Source of the DNA: Octopus vulgaris
Taxonomy: Eukaryota
NCBI GenBank assembly: GCA_951406725.2
Contig: OX597833.1
Span: forward strand, 42,408,001 to 42,472,000
Reading direction: 5' to 3'
Length of the DNA: 64,000 nucleotides
Position numbers and translations under genes: made by a program. The notes beneath the pieces are model-generated. The model was not told where the DNA came from. It worked only from the letters and a program-made list of their open reading frames with translations, and ran no database searches. Positions 1 to 12,891 of this stretch are shown here, one piece after another; the first letter of the stretch is position 1; every line of letters begins with the position of its first letter.

Positions 1-162
1 TTTGCCTTGCTCCAGTTCACTCAGCTGGCAAAAATGAGTTGTAGCTGTACTTGAAAGGGGCCAGCCTTGTCACATTCTGTGTGAGGCCGAATTTCCCAGA
101 GTACTATGTTAGTGGTATGCATGTCTGTGGAGTACTCAACCACTTGTGCGTTAATTTCATGA
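1..162 (+). mobile_element. Truncated tRNA-SINE body (same family as 15895-16226)
   Basis: Aligns by eye to ~16003-16156 (ttgctccagt.cactcagctggcaaaaatgagttgta...gttaatttca). Confidence 0.8.
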
Positions 163-232
163 TATGCATGTCAGCCACTTGTGTGTTAATGAAAAGTGAA
201 AGTGACATCCAGCATTTGCTGTCGTTATTTTC

Positions 233-607
233 TTTGATTTAACAATGTGTTTATGTATCAACTTTTCTTTTGATGTATGTATCTACTTTTCTTTCAATGT
301 ATGTATCTGTCTACTCTGAAAATACTGATAAACATTTAAAAACACAAAATGAACGCCACCTTCCTTTCAGTCACCACTCACTGTCTCTTTCTGTCTCACT
401 TCCTCTCTTTCCCTCCTTTCTCCCGCTTTTGATTTAACAATGTGTGTATGTACTATGTATGTATCTATTTTTCTTTTGATGCATGCATCAGTCTACTCTG
501 AAAATACTGATAAACATTTAAAAACAAAAATAGGAATGCCACCTTCCTTTCACTCACTGCTTACTATCTCTCTCACTTCCTCACTGTCCCTCCTCTCTCC
601 TGCTTTG
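233..607. repeat. Diverged tandem duplication, ~195 bp unit
   Basis: tttgatttaacaatgtgt...ctactctgaaaatactgataaacatttaaaaaca...gccaccttcctttca occurs at ~233 and ~428. Confidence 0.8.
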
Positions 608-1959
608 CCACTCACTTCCACTATACCTCCTCTGCTTAACACCTTTTATTTCTCTTTTTCTTTGTACCTCTCCCTTCAACCTTTTAACTCTTCCGTTGAA
701 GTAAGTGTGACACACACCACAGGTACATACGACGTATGTACGTAAAAAAAAACAAAAGTTAGCATATTCATATTTATAATAATAATAATGATAATAATTA
801 AAAAGTGGGGACAGAAAGTAGATATATAAGTTAAGTAAAGAAAGACAATAGTGAAGGCTAAAGTACATGCACACATGCAGAGTACACAGAATTAAACAAA
901 AAATGATTGAAAAGTGAACATTGGAAGAGTCATGAAGAAAGGGTGCATTACACATGTTGGGAGTAGGGTTGGAGAATTTTGGGAAGCATGGAATTTTTGA
1001 AGGAAGCAATCACTAACATTTTTGTTACTTGTAACTAAATTCCAAGCAAGTAAAGTGAAATAGCAACAAGTAGGACACAAAATGTTGCATTTCGACCTGA
1101 CTTATTCTTACAATGATAATCAAGTTAAGGTGTCCTAGCTAAATGACTCATGGAGAAAAAATTTTGCAACTTTCACAACAAAGGGGAGATAATTTAAAAA
1201 GAACAATAATTTCAGAAAATTAAGTTTACTGGCTTAGGGGAAATTATGAGTTCTGTTTGTAGGTGAAGGGAGATAACTATTGACATGTTTTAGTCTTGTT
1301 ATACCTCATCAGTCTAATCAAGCCTTTTTGGTTAGAAAAAGTTCTGACTAGTTCTAATTTATGTAGCTGAAAAAATGACTCAAGATTAGTGACAGGCAAT
1401 ATACTGAATGAAATATGGGCGCAATATTAATATTTGGAGTTTTGCATGAGGCACTTATACCTTATGGGAAGCGAAAAGGTCTCATTCAATGGTATTTACG
1501 ATTCTGAATCAATCTTTGATGGAATTTCAGAATAGCTATCACTGTCTTATGGGGGAACAGAGAGGACAAGGAATTAGCCATGAAAATTTTGGAATCACAA
1601 TTCCTGTTGTATGAAACACAGGAACTCAAAAACACTGAAGGACAAAATATAAAAAAAAGAAGCCCACTTGATTCTTTGCATTTTTCCTTCCCCATGGGGC
1701 ATGGATAGATATTCTGAAACACCACTCCATTTTTTTTTATACAAAACTTTTAGTTCTTCTACATTCTCAGTCCTTCTGTAAACATTTCCCCGCAGAATTC
1801 TGGTTTAAGAACCCCATATGGGGTTATGTCAAAAGACATAACACCACGTCTAAAATTGAGATTAGTGAATTGTTATACTATGCTAATCGTTGTCTTAGTG
1901 GGGCAGAATTCTGGTTTAAGCACCACATATAAGCCCTCATAACTTACTTATTATTTTTT

Positions 1960-2218
1960 GGATCTTTTCCTTTTGATGGACGGAATTTTCTAGTTAACTA
2001 AACAATTTGAAACTTCGTATACTGATAGAATGTGTCAAAAGAAAACATCTCAAATGCTAGGATTTCATTGGTTAAAATTCGAATCATTAAACTACGTTAA
2101 ACTTAGAAATTACAATTTTGTTTACAATAATGTTTTCTTTTGACACATTCTACCAGTATACGAAGTTTCAAATTTTTTAGTTAACTAGAAAATTCCGTCC
2201 ATCAAAAGGAAAAGATCC
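1960..2218. mobile_element. MITE with ~88 bp terminal inverted repeats
   Basis: ggatcttttccttttgatggacggaattttctagttaactaa...aaaaca is mirrored at 2131-2218 and followed by TA; right half recurs at 36381-36537. Confidence 0.85.
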
Positions 2219-3913
2219 TATTTTTTTAAAAAATTTTCTGAAAATGTTTGTGAATTTGTTCTACACATGGAAATTCATACGATTATGAAAAAAAAAAAAA
2301 AATTTTTTAACCACTCCTCTTCCTCCATAAATTCTAAATTTCACTATTTCTAAAAAAAAAAATATGGACAGTTTAAAAAAATATGACAGTTTAAATTTCT
2401 TAGTTAAATCAAAGTGATGGACCACACTCGGTCCATTATTTTAATAACACCAAGGTAGAGTTAACAACAGGATGCGTATCAACAATGTGTACGGACACTC
2501 ATGTACTTACTAGACCAGTACATGATATGAGTGATTTGTACATCAATAAAAAATACAGGCCTGAAATAGTTGTAGTGAACCTCAGCCTATTTCTGTTATA
2601 TATATATATATATCTTTTTAATTTTCTTGCGTGGAGGCTGGGCTTTATTTCATTAGCTAAAGTTGCGTAAATTTAAATGCTTCAAACTTCTTCATCGTCA
2701 ATTTTACTAAAAATCGAATGCGACTGTCGTGTCAGCATGCATAACTACATCAGACTGGAAAATTTGAAAATGATGCTTTGAAAATTGAAAATATTCAAGT
2801 AGTTGGAGAAAACGATGTGTGTGTGTATGTGTGTTTGTACGTATATACACACACAAATATAGTTATAACCTTACGAATTTTGCATATTCAGTAACCCTTT
2901 GCTGTAGTGGTAATCAAATTTTAATATTTTTAGTCGCCGTTAACGAGATACAGACATACCAAACAGGTTTTAAATCCAGTTTTTACACGCTTTATCTACT
3001 TCGAGAAGCACCATTCCAAATAAGAATTATATACACACATAGTTAAAATTTCCGTTAACTGATAATCCACCGCCTAAAAATAAGTTTTTGATATACAAAA
3101 ACAAAAACGGTCTATGATCGCGGTTGATCGTAAGATTGCGCACCTGTTTTGGTTTCAAGTTTATATATCAAATGTACGTAGTTATGTATGATTGCCGCCA
3201 TATATATGTATATATATATATATAACTAAAAATAAGGGTGTCTGAGAGACACCACCATGCTGAAATAGCAGTCAAATCCTTGACTCTAAGAACCACCTTA
3301 AATGTTCATATCGCACCATGAGATAAGATAGAGGGACAAAATAGACTAGCAAAAAGATATTACTGAATAATTCAAGAATAATTTAAATATCGATATTATC
3401 CTTATTTAAATATATATATATATGTGCGCACACACACATATACACACACAAACACACGTAACTTAAGTTTAACAGTAATTTCTGATACTGCGAAAAACGG
3501 CAAAAACAAAGCAAAAAGAAAATAAACAAGAAGAGGAAAGAGCAGTGATAGAATGTATTGGCCAAAGAAGAAAAGAAAGTTGAGCAAGAATACGTTATGT
3601 ACGTAATAGGAGACAAAAATCTAAGAACTCACTAGATCTCCGAATATGAAAACAATTGTAGATGAATATTGAATTCAAAACGCAAGGGAAACTACTCTAT
3701 TCTAATTTAGGCGTGGCTATCACGTGATTGGTTTCTAAACTGGTGCTCATGAATACGCGCCTCTGTGTGTCTGTATGCGATTCCGGTTATGTATGCAAAT
3801 GTTTGTGTTTGCGTGTGTGTGCGAGTGTATATCTTTCTTTTCTTTTTTTATTAATCTTTTATTTGTTTCAGTCGTCATTAGATTGTGGCCACGGTGAAAC
3901 CACTGCCTTGAAG

Positions 3914-4043
3914 AATTTGTAGTCTGATGAATCAAGCACTGTACTTATTTTTTTTAAAAGCCTGGTCTCTATTCTATCGAATGTTAAGGTCGCACCGCTA
4001 AGTTACGGGCACGTAATCACACCAACATCGGTTGTCAAGCAGT

Positions 4044-4097
<54 letters not shown>

Positions 4098-4472
4098 TTT
4101 CGATTCAAACCAAGCCGTTCGCGATTGTCTATGGTACGAATTGACTTTTGATCTTACTACTCTAGTCACCAGTGTTTCTCTCATCTTAAGCAAGGAGTTA
4201 GTATTACTCACACACACTTCCAGCATTTATACATATCTATTTCTTTACTACCCACAAGAGGCTAAACACAGAGAGGACTAACAAGGACAGACAAATGGTA
4301 ACAGTGGGTAACTGGTACTTAATTTATCGACCCCGAAAGGAATTTGTAGTCTGATGAATCAAGCACTGTACTTATTTTTTTTAAAAGCCTGGTCTCTATT
4401 CTATCGAATGTTAAGGTCGCACCGCTAAGTTACGGGCACGTAATCACACCAACATCGGTTGTCAAGCAGTAG

Positions 4473-4504
<32 letters not shown>

Positions 4505-4747
4505 TTTCGATTCAAACCAAGCCGTTCGCGATTGTCTATGGTACGAATTGACTTTTGATCTTACTACTCTAGTCACCAGTGTTTCTCTCATCTTAAGCAA
4601 GGAGTTAGTATTACTCACACACACTTCCAGCATTTATACATATCTATTTCTTTACTACCCACAAGAGGCTAAACACAGAGAGGACTAACAAGGACAGACA
4701 AATGGTAACAGTGGGTAACTGGTACTTAATTTATCGACCCCGAAAGG
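3914..4747. repeat. Near-perfect tandem duplication (427 + 407 bp) of SINE-B tail, unique DNA and SINE-A tail
   Basis: Units 3914-4340 and 4341-4747 appear identical except for microsatellite length. Confidence 0.9.
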
Positions 4748-4858
4748 ATGAAAGGCAAAGTCAACTTCGGCGGAATTTGAACTCAGAACGTAGCGGCAGA
4801 CGAAATACGGCTACGCATTTCGCCGGGCGTGCTAACGTTTCTGCCAGCTCGCCGCCTT
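4645..4858 (-). mobile_element. SINE family A (tRNA head, Nin/Deu-like core)
   Basis: Minus strand reads ggcggcgagctggcagaaacgttagcac...gttcaaattcc (B box)...gcctttcatcctttcggggtcgataaa...aaagaaata. Confidence 0.9.
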
Positions 4859-5339
4859 ACGCAACCGCTCCGGTTTTAAAATAACTTCCTCACCACCCTG
4901 TCATTCCACTTCTGTACCTTACCCCTTTAGGTTCTCACGGCCTTACTATCAAATGTATAATACTGGTGGCGGTGAAGTGGGACTTTTATTACTTGAATCC
5001 TGGCTTGCAGACCATTGACCATGGCAATCCATCTAAGGGACATAACTCTGATGGCCCACTGTCTCAGTGTTGTCCATTTTCATTTTCAGTTTGAAGCAAT
5101 TTGGCAATATATTGGATGTTATAGAAAAATACAAGTAGATCAAACACCATACAACATAAATTCTTGATTTATTACAATTATCTCCAAACCATGAGGAAAT
5201 ATAATATAATACAAAATGACAAGATCAGCCCTCACTTGCAAAAGGGAGATAATCTCAAGATTCATGGATTCTTCAAAGTTGACATACCATCAAGGAAAAG
5301 GAGGTTGTCTGGAGGTTAAAGGACAGCGGTGGACACATA

Positions 5340-6290
5340 CTACTGGCTAAAAAGCCGTCATCATCACGGCAATCGTTCAACTTTATCTGCGATTGCTAAG
5401 TGACTTAAACTAATTCAAAACAGAGCATAAGACATTCATGATCTATATCATGCATACATGGTGGCTGTCTACTTCTTATGCAGAGTTTGACCATCTTCTG
5501 TACCTACACTTTAGCACCATCATGGCATCTGAAGTGGCTTTTTAAACCAGACAATGTTCTGAAAAGACATCCACATAGACTGCACATCCGATTTGGACCA
5601 CCAAGAGCTGCAGATAAGTTCTGCTCTTTGTGGATCTTAAAATGTCTCTTGAGGCCTCCGTAAGATTTGCAAACCTTCTGGCATACATTGAATTCAAAGG
5701 TGTGCACAGACTTATCGGCTGAATAGTTGGTGGAGGTTCGTTTTCCATGGGTTCGCAAATGAGATTTGAGCCCAGCATAAGACAAGCATGGTCTGTCACA
5801 AACTGTGCACACAAAAAAAGGTCATTGTCATTCACCTTCTCGATCGTTACATTCTTCCTTAGATCTCTTTTGAGTTCTACATGCGTTATCCTGGCCTCTT
5901 CAAATACTTTCACTCCTTTCCACACTTTTGTTCGCCATCCAATTCGATCCGAAACAAGGGTTTCTATGTCTTCTGGATCCATTCCAAGTGACTTCATAAT
6001 AGTCGTTATGTCGTCCTTAAACCTTTTTTTAAGGTTTACGCTGATAGTGTTTCTCCTCAGTAAGCTCACCATAAAGCAACTGTTTCGGTATGCGTTCATC
6101 CGCCATACGAACAATATGGCCACACCATCTCATTTCGTTCCTCAGAATCATAGATTTAATTGAGGTGATGCCTGCAGATGCAAGGACGTCTGTGTTTTGG
6201 AGTAAAAGAACCCCATTAAATGTTTGAAATGCGTTGAAGTCATTTTTGGTGGAATTGTTCTAACAATTTAAAATGCCTTTCGTAATAAGT
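5340..6290 (-). mobile_element. RTE-clade LINE 3' fragment (RT C-terminus plus three C2H2 zinc fingers), frameshifted
   Basis: Pieces LLEQFHQ, LRNEMRWCGHIVRMADERIPKQLLYGEL, KKRFKD...DRIGWRTKVWKGVKVFE, then CTVC..H..H, VCQKVC..H..H, CSLC..H..H; gatgatgacgg near the 3' end. Confidence 0.9.
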
Positions 6291-6316
6291 CCATGTTTCA
6301 CAAGAATACAACATAC

Positions 6317-6347
<31 letters not shown>

Positions 6348-6510
6348 CATACATACATACATGCATGCATCCATTCATCCATCCATCCATACATACATAC
6401 ATACATACATACATACATACATACATACATGCATGCATGCATGCATGTATCCATCCATCCATCTATCCATCCATCCATACATACATACATACATACATAC
6501 ATACATACAT
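6317..6510. repeat. Compound (TACA)n/(TCCA)n microsatellite
   Basis: Read directly. Confidence 0.95.
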
Positions 6511-6860
6511 AAATATGCGACTTTGTGTGTGTGTATGTGTATGTGCGTTTGTGTGTGTGGGTGGGTGTATGGGTGTGGATGGGTGTGTACGCGCGCTTGC
6601 GTGTGCGTATGCACAGTGATAGATTCGAGGTTTTCGTTTATTTACCAGCTGATTTCTTAATTTCACCTGAGTATAAATACCTAGGATGGTGATAATTAAA
6701 AAAAAATTATGATTCAGGTCAATTAAAAAGCGTGGGTAAGCAATGCATTGTAAGCCATACTATAATTTACGAAAAATTTATGTATATGCGTGCAAGGTAT
6801 GCATCGCCGCTCCGATGCCTTTATTATCATTATTTATTATTATTATCTATTATTATTATC

Positions 6861-6917
<57 letters not shown>

Positions 6918-6922
6918 CATTA

Positions 6923-7135
6923 TTCAGTAGTTTTATTTTTATAGCGTGCTTTCACTTCACTACCGAGCGCAGCTCTGTGTGCCTTGGGTATGTGCTGTGA
7001 TTTGTTGTGATGCTCTGATTGTTATTGTATGGAAAGTGTTCTGCGTAGGATGTGTGCAGTGCCTAGTAGTGCAATTTTCTGTATGTTATATGTGTTTGTA
7101 AGTCTTGGTGTTTTTGTTATGTATTTGTCTGAATA

Positions 7136-7138
<3 letters not shown>
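6923..7138 (-). mobile_element. R4/Dong-type LINE 3' end (family 1) in (TAA)n
   Basis: Minus strand encodes KYSDKYITKT..TNTYNIQKIALLGTAHILRRTLSIQ*; (TTA)n on both sides; near-identical to 46128-46345. Confidence 0.9.
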
Positions 7139-7193
<55 letters not shown>

Positions 7194-7654
7194 GAGTGAG
7201 GGAGCAGTTCATGCCATCAAAGTGACACTGGGGTAAAATATACGAAGCCCAATATACCCATCATGACTACCCGTCTGATAAAGGTACACCAGGCACATGC
7301 ATCACAACCATATGTGCGCGACATGGTGATCTCATATCAAGATAAACAGCACATGACCTTGGAGGTGGGGCCCAGTTAGAATTTTCTTCAGGTTGAGTAG
7401 CCCATCCAGCTCAAACGGTCCCCGAATAAGGGTTGTTTAAGGATGTTGAAAGAACCACCCATGTTTCCAGAGGTGAACTATTCAAACCCCAAAGCATCCC
7501 TCTCAACACATGGCTATGATGCTCCCCCACTACTTCTGCTCGTGATCAGAGATGCACATATCGTCAGCCACTAAGGGACATGCTCAACTGGTTAAGGTCA
7601 AACAACTGACAAGCAAATCTGTGGTATTGAGCAGAATATTTGCTGTAGCCCATC

Positions 7655-7658
<4 letters not shown>
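7194..7658 (-). mobile_element. Non-coding (TAA)n-targeted element, truncated copy
   Basis: High identity to 39338-39892; flanked by (TTA)n on both sides. Confidence 0.85.
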
Positions 7659-7723
<65 letters not shown>

Positions 7724-7730
7724 CATCCTC

Positions 7731-8378
7731 ATTCAGTAGTCTTATTTTCATCACGTGCTTTCACTGCGCTACCGAGCGTTGGGTAAGTGGTGTGGTTTGT
7801 TGTGGTGCTCTTATTTTTACCGTATTAAAAGTTTTTTTTTACGTAGGATGTGTGCGGTGCCTAGTATTGTTATTTTCTCTATGCTATATATACTTGTGAG
7901 TCCCGGTGTTTTTGTTATGGATTTGTTTGAATGTTTTTATTTATCATACCTATTGCGCCCACTATGATAGGAATTGTTTCTGTTTTTAGACTCCACATTC
8001 GAGTTACCTCTATTTCCAGGTCTTGAAAGTTTCTCCATTTCTTTTAGAGAAACGTTGTCATCTGTTGGTATTGATGTATCAATTACAAAGCATTTTTTTT
8101 AATTGATTTTCTCTGACAACTATATCTAGCCAATTGCCCTTAATTTCTCAATCTGTGTGTATTAGCATATTCCAGAGTATGGTTGCTTTCTCATTTTCTG
8201 TGACCTTTTCTGGAGTGTACCTGTACCATCTTTTTTTCTGTCGTTATTCCATAGTGTTGGCATAGCTTCCAGTGTATGTGGGTCCTAACTCTTTCGTGTC
8301 TGTGAATATATTCCTTCTTAGCCAGGATTGGGCAGCCAGGGACAATATGATTTATTGTTTCTTCTCCATCACCACATA
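7731..8378 (-). mobile_element. Older R4/Dong-type LINE 3' fragment (zinc knuckle and restriction-like endonuclease)
   Basis: CGDGEETINHIVPGCPILAKKEYIHRH..VRTHIHWKLCQHYG; same family as 46128-47120. Confidence 0.88.
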
Positions 8379-8392
8379 TCATTATTATTATT

Positions 8393-8868
8393 GAGTGAGA
8401 GAGCAGTGCATGCCATGAAAATGACACTAGAGTAAAATATACGAAGCCCATTATACTCATCATGACAACCCGCGTGATAAGAGTACACCAGGCACATGCA
8501 TCACAACTATGTGCGTGACATGGTGATCTTATATCAAGATAAACAGCACATGACCTTGCAAGTGGAGCCCAATTAAAATTTTCTTCAGGTTGAGTAGCCC
8601 ATCCCGCTCAAAAGGTCCCTGAATAAGTTTGTTTAATGATGATGAACACAATACCCATATCTCCAGAAGTAAATTATCCAACTCCCAGAGAATTCCTCTT
8701 AGCACATGGCTATGATGCCTCCCACCACTACTTCTGCTCATGATCAGAGATGCCACTAAGGGGCATGATCAACTGGCTAACGTAAAGCAACTGACAAGAA
8801 AATCTGTGGTATTGAGCAGAATATTTACTGTAGTCCATCTTTTATAACAAGACAAAACATGTACATGT
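8393..8868 (-). mobile_element. Non-coding (TAA)n-targeted element, diverged copy
   Basis: Aligns to 39338-39830 and shares the gagtgagagagcag boundary next to (TTA)n. Confidence 0.85.
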
Positions 8869-9099
8869 TGCTCTTTTATTTCCTTTTCCATTATCTCATT
8901 GAATTCCAGTTACCAAGGTATCTTTGCGTTGCAATTTGTTTAATCAAGTCTCTATTCGGTAATTCTATCCATGCTAGGTACTGTACCCCACCTCTTTTTA
9001 GGTAGATTATTCCGCACTTGAGTCCAAATTGTATTTTATATCAGTGCTAAAACAGTGGACTGTGTTCACCAATGAACTCACTTGTGTCTCATCTTTGCC

Positions 9100-9500
9100 T
9101 TACAGTTTCAAATCATCCATGAAGAGGAGGTGGTTGAATGTTTGGGATTTTCCCTCTAGTTGGTACTCCAGGTTAATTTTCCTAAATACCTAGGTCAGGG
9201 GTATCATGCAGAGAACAAAAAGCAACAGAGATAGGCTATCACCCCGGAAAATCCCTCTTCCGATACCAAGGGTGTCCAAACTTTTTCCGTAAGATGTCAG
9301 TTCAGTTTTCCATCCCACCATGCTTTTCTTCGGGAACTCCGTTAAATTCCTTGCAATTCCAAACAGATCGAACCACTCGATGATCCACGAATGTGGAATC
9401 ATATCATAAGCTTTGCGATGGTCAATCCAGGCCATTCCCAGATTTGTTCTCCTTCGTTTACAATCTTGCATTACCATTTTGTCTATCAGTAGTTGATTTT
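9100..9500 (-). pseudogene. Reverse transcriptase fragment of an R4/Dong-type LINE
   Basis: [31 protein letters not shown] and downstream HLLFMDDLKL; in-frame stop present. Confidence 0.9.
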
Positions 9501-9915
9501 TGGTACCTCTGCATTACTATTATCATCAATAATATTAATACGCCAATTTGTATTTTGTACGTACCTGACGCGTGTGTCACGCACAAAAAAAAAAACTGTT
9601 GAAAGAAATATTATTGTTTAAATAAAAATTTTAACTAGAGCTCTTGTAATTTCTGGAAGAGATTTGAAGCCAACACCTATGCGTGGCATTACTACTTCTC
9701 AACACCCATGCCTACTGTTCCACCGAAGTAGCAACACTCCTAACAGGAAAATTAAGATACTTAAATTTGACGCATGTGTTGAGCATGGGCGAGAGGAATT
9801 GAGAAAGAAAGAGAGAGAGTGAGTGGGAGTGGCTGAATTCCTTTGAATTCCTTTCTATGATTGAACTGAAATTGACCCCTGGCAATTAAAGCCCCCCCCC
9901 CCCCATTTGTTTTAG

Positions 9916-9957
9916 GTCTTCTACCCATTTGAATTCGGCCATACACCAGATAACATG
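9916..9957 (+). CDS. Candidate 42-nt internal exon (VFYPFEFGHTPDNM in phase 0)
   Basis: Polypyrimidine tract ending ttttag| and |gtaagt donor; length is a multiple of 3; two frames are open; non-repetitive context. Confidence 0.35.
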
Positions 9958-11753
9958 GTAAGTCCCATGTTCCGAAATTTAAATTTTGAATTTGTTTTAA
10001 TTATAAAATTACACCTCAGCTAAAAAACATCTTTTAGTTTTCGAATACAACCTTTTCTTTCTCTTTCTATATTTTTGTTAAGTTACAATTTCTCTGTTTT
10101 GGTCAGGAATTTTTCAGTTTCTCTTTTCTTGTATCAAGTAATGGATGAAAGCATCAAAAAATTAAATTCATAGAGCCGAAAAAAAAATATATAAATTCTA
10201 TTTTTTCCCTTTCCTTAATACTAGCAAGAGCATAGTATGAGTGAGATTTGGCTATTATTTCTAGCAAATTGAATAACTACAGAAAGTTGTTCAATTGGAT
10301 CATTTGTTGATGTGTATAAGTAAACAAAAACTAAAAGACACACACACACGCACACACACATATATGTTTGTTCCCCCACCACCATTGCTTGACAACCGAT
10401 GCTGGTATATTTGCATCCCTGTAACTTAACTCAAAATATTTTTGCACTTTAAAAAATTCATTTGTTTAATTATTAATTAATAATTAAAAAGTTGAAAATA
10501 GGTTATAAAATAATAGTAGTACATAATTAGTACAACAAATAGAATAATACAAAAATTAGTTATATATTATAGTAAAGTCTATCTATAACAACAAATTCCC
10601 AGTAAAATTTGCTTGAGTTATTGTTTAAGTTATTGCCAAGTCTTCATATTTTTAGTCTTGACCCAATGCCTATTTTTTACATAATGAATTTGCCGACCAT
10701 ATATATCATTCTACTTTGTATAAACTTTAGCTATATTGGTACTTCTGGCTCTCATTTTCAAAGTATTCTAGTGCGTCAATATTTTAACAAAATAATGGTA
10801 CCTTTTTTAATTATAATGTTACTTTGTAAATTAAAATCAAATAATTTTTTAATATTCAAATTTTATCCTTAGCTGCAATATTTTAAGTAAAAATTTTCTT
10901 GTTCTGTACCTTACCAAATGTAATGAGTTGTCTTGAACTTTTCCAACTGTAATAACTTGTCCTGTAATTTTCCAGGTTTATAATCTTAAGAATATTATTT
11001 CCCTTGCTCACATTTTCCCATGTAATCCATTTTTTCCAGGCTATGCAATTATGCTAATTAATAATGTCAAATGTCTCAACTAGCGGTGTCGTTGATAATT
11101 TTTCCTTACCTCAATGACACCGGTGACATATATTAAAAGTCCCATTATAGAACTATATTCATAAAAGATTATGAACTATATTGTTACTCTCAAATTTGAG
11201 AAACAAACACTCATAATTTTTTTCTTTTAAAACTTCATTGCATGAGATTGAAACCATGAAATTCCTGGAATTGAGCTTAATTAAAATACAGTTTGTTTTG
11301 AAATAAAGAAAATTATACTTAAATCCAATTTTTTGCCTTACTTATATTTTTTATGATATTTTACCTAACAACATTTTTTGATACAGATTTTTGTTGCATG
11401 GGATCAAAACTATAAAATTTTTTACGCTTTCTTGTATCATTGAAGCTAAGATAAATATATTTTGCTTCTAAAATAAAAAAAAAGTTATTTCGATCTAAAC
11501 TTGATTGGTGGCGTTACTTAGTCTTCTATAACGTTGCTACAAATTTTGATGTAAACTTTTTCATATTGGATGAAATCTCAATTTTTTAATGCCAAAATAT
11601 AGGATCAGTCCTCTTCAAAAATGTTAACGATTTTCCATTTGGTTAGGAACTGAATTAGCGACAAGCTCTGAGAGATGCTGCGTGTGAGTAAATTGCGGTT
11701 TTAAGAATATTATTCAACTACTACCGTAGTTGAATGATATGCATGTATATACA

Positions 11754-11804
<51 letters not shown>

Positions 11805-11805
<1 letters not shown>

Positions 11806-12178
11806 ACATATGCATACATATATGTACGTACCTACATCTATATGTATATATACAGGACACAAAAAAACGTCGAACATAAAGAGAAACGAAAACATAAAAA
11901 CAGAACAATGGAAACGGACATTTTTTTTAAACAACCAAAATGCAGGGTACAAGACATACAACACAAGGAAAAATCCCCTTTCTTCAGCCGCCTCCGTTTC
12001 GTCTACTCCACGTTTCGAAGGTAAAGGCGAGACACGACTTCAGTGAAACGGTCCTTCCCGCAAATCAAATTAAATAAAATTTGAGATTTTTTGCGGAGGG
12101 GTAAAAGTGGTAACAAAAACAGGACAGTAAAAACAATACAAGACAGTAAAAATACAAATAAAAATAAAAACAGTAAAC

Positions 12179-12230
<52 letters not shown>

Positions 12231-12392
12231 CATATGCATATATGCATACATATATGTACGTATCTACATCTATATGTATATATACATGCATATATAGGTA
12301 CAGGACACCAAAAAAACGTCGAACACAATAAAAAACGAAAACATAAAAACAGAACCATGGAATCGGACATTTTTTAAACAACGAAAAAACAA
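11805..12392. mobile_element. (TA)n-associated repeat in partial tandem (PLE pseudo-LTR-like)
   Basis: acaggacac..aaaaaacgtcgaaca..aaacgaaaacataaa occurs at ~11852, ~12300 and ~20237. Confidence 0.65.
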
Positions 12393-12524
12393 TATATATA
12401 TATATATATATTTATATACACCGGAGTAAACACATAAATGTGAAACAAGGTGGAAAAAAGAGTACTCAAATACCAGTGGTAGAGTAATATGCTTTATTTA
12501 AAGCAGCAGAAAATTCAACAAAAC

Positions 12525-12562
12525 CTGTTACTCTGAGTTTCCCGTTGCCGTTCATCGGACAG
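12525..12562 (-). ncRNA. Minimal type I hammerhead ribozyme, U4C variant
   Basis: Minus strand: CUGU CCGAUGA A CG GCAA CG G GAAA CUCAGAG UA^ ACAG; stem I CUGU/ACAG; inside a ~145 bp element between (TA)n tracts. Confidence 0.75.
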
Positions 12563-12629
12563 TTTATATATATATATATACGTACATTCATACATGCGAG
12601 CATGCATACATACACATACATACATTCAT

Positions 12630-12697
<68 letters not shown>

Positions 12698-12798
12698 GTA
12701 TATATATATATGTGTGTGTGTGTGTATATATATATATGCCGAAATCTACTTGGTGAAATTGATGATTATTCCAAATTAATTAATTTCACCTATATTAT

Positions 12799-12891
<93 letters not shown>

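Noticed and set aside
1180-5255. Recurring aaggga(g/c)ataa motif (~1181, 1266, 5035, 5242)
   Set aside because: Possibly remnants of an old repeat, but no boundaries or periodicity could be established
5504-5812. Stand-alone C2H2 transcription factor gene
   Set aside because: Continuous with RTE ORF remnants and lacks TGEKP linkers
10800-11150. Minus-strand gtaagg donors suggesting small exons
   Set aside because: The intervening candidate exon has stops in all three frames and no recognisable protein
11980-12060. Hammerhead-like pieces on the minus strand (ctgaag, gaaacg)
   Set aside because: Core order and cleavage triplet do not fit; no consistent stem I
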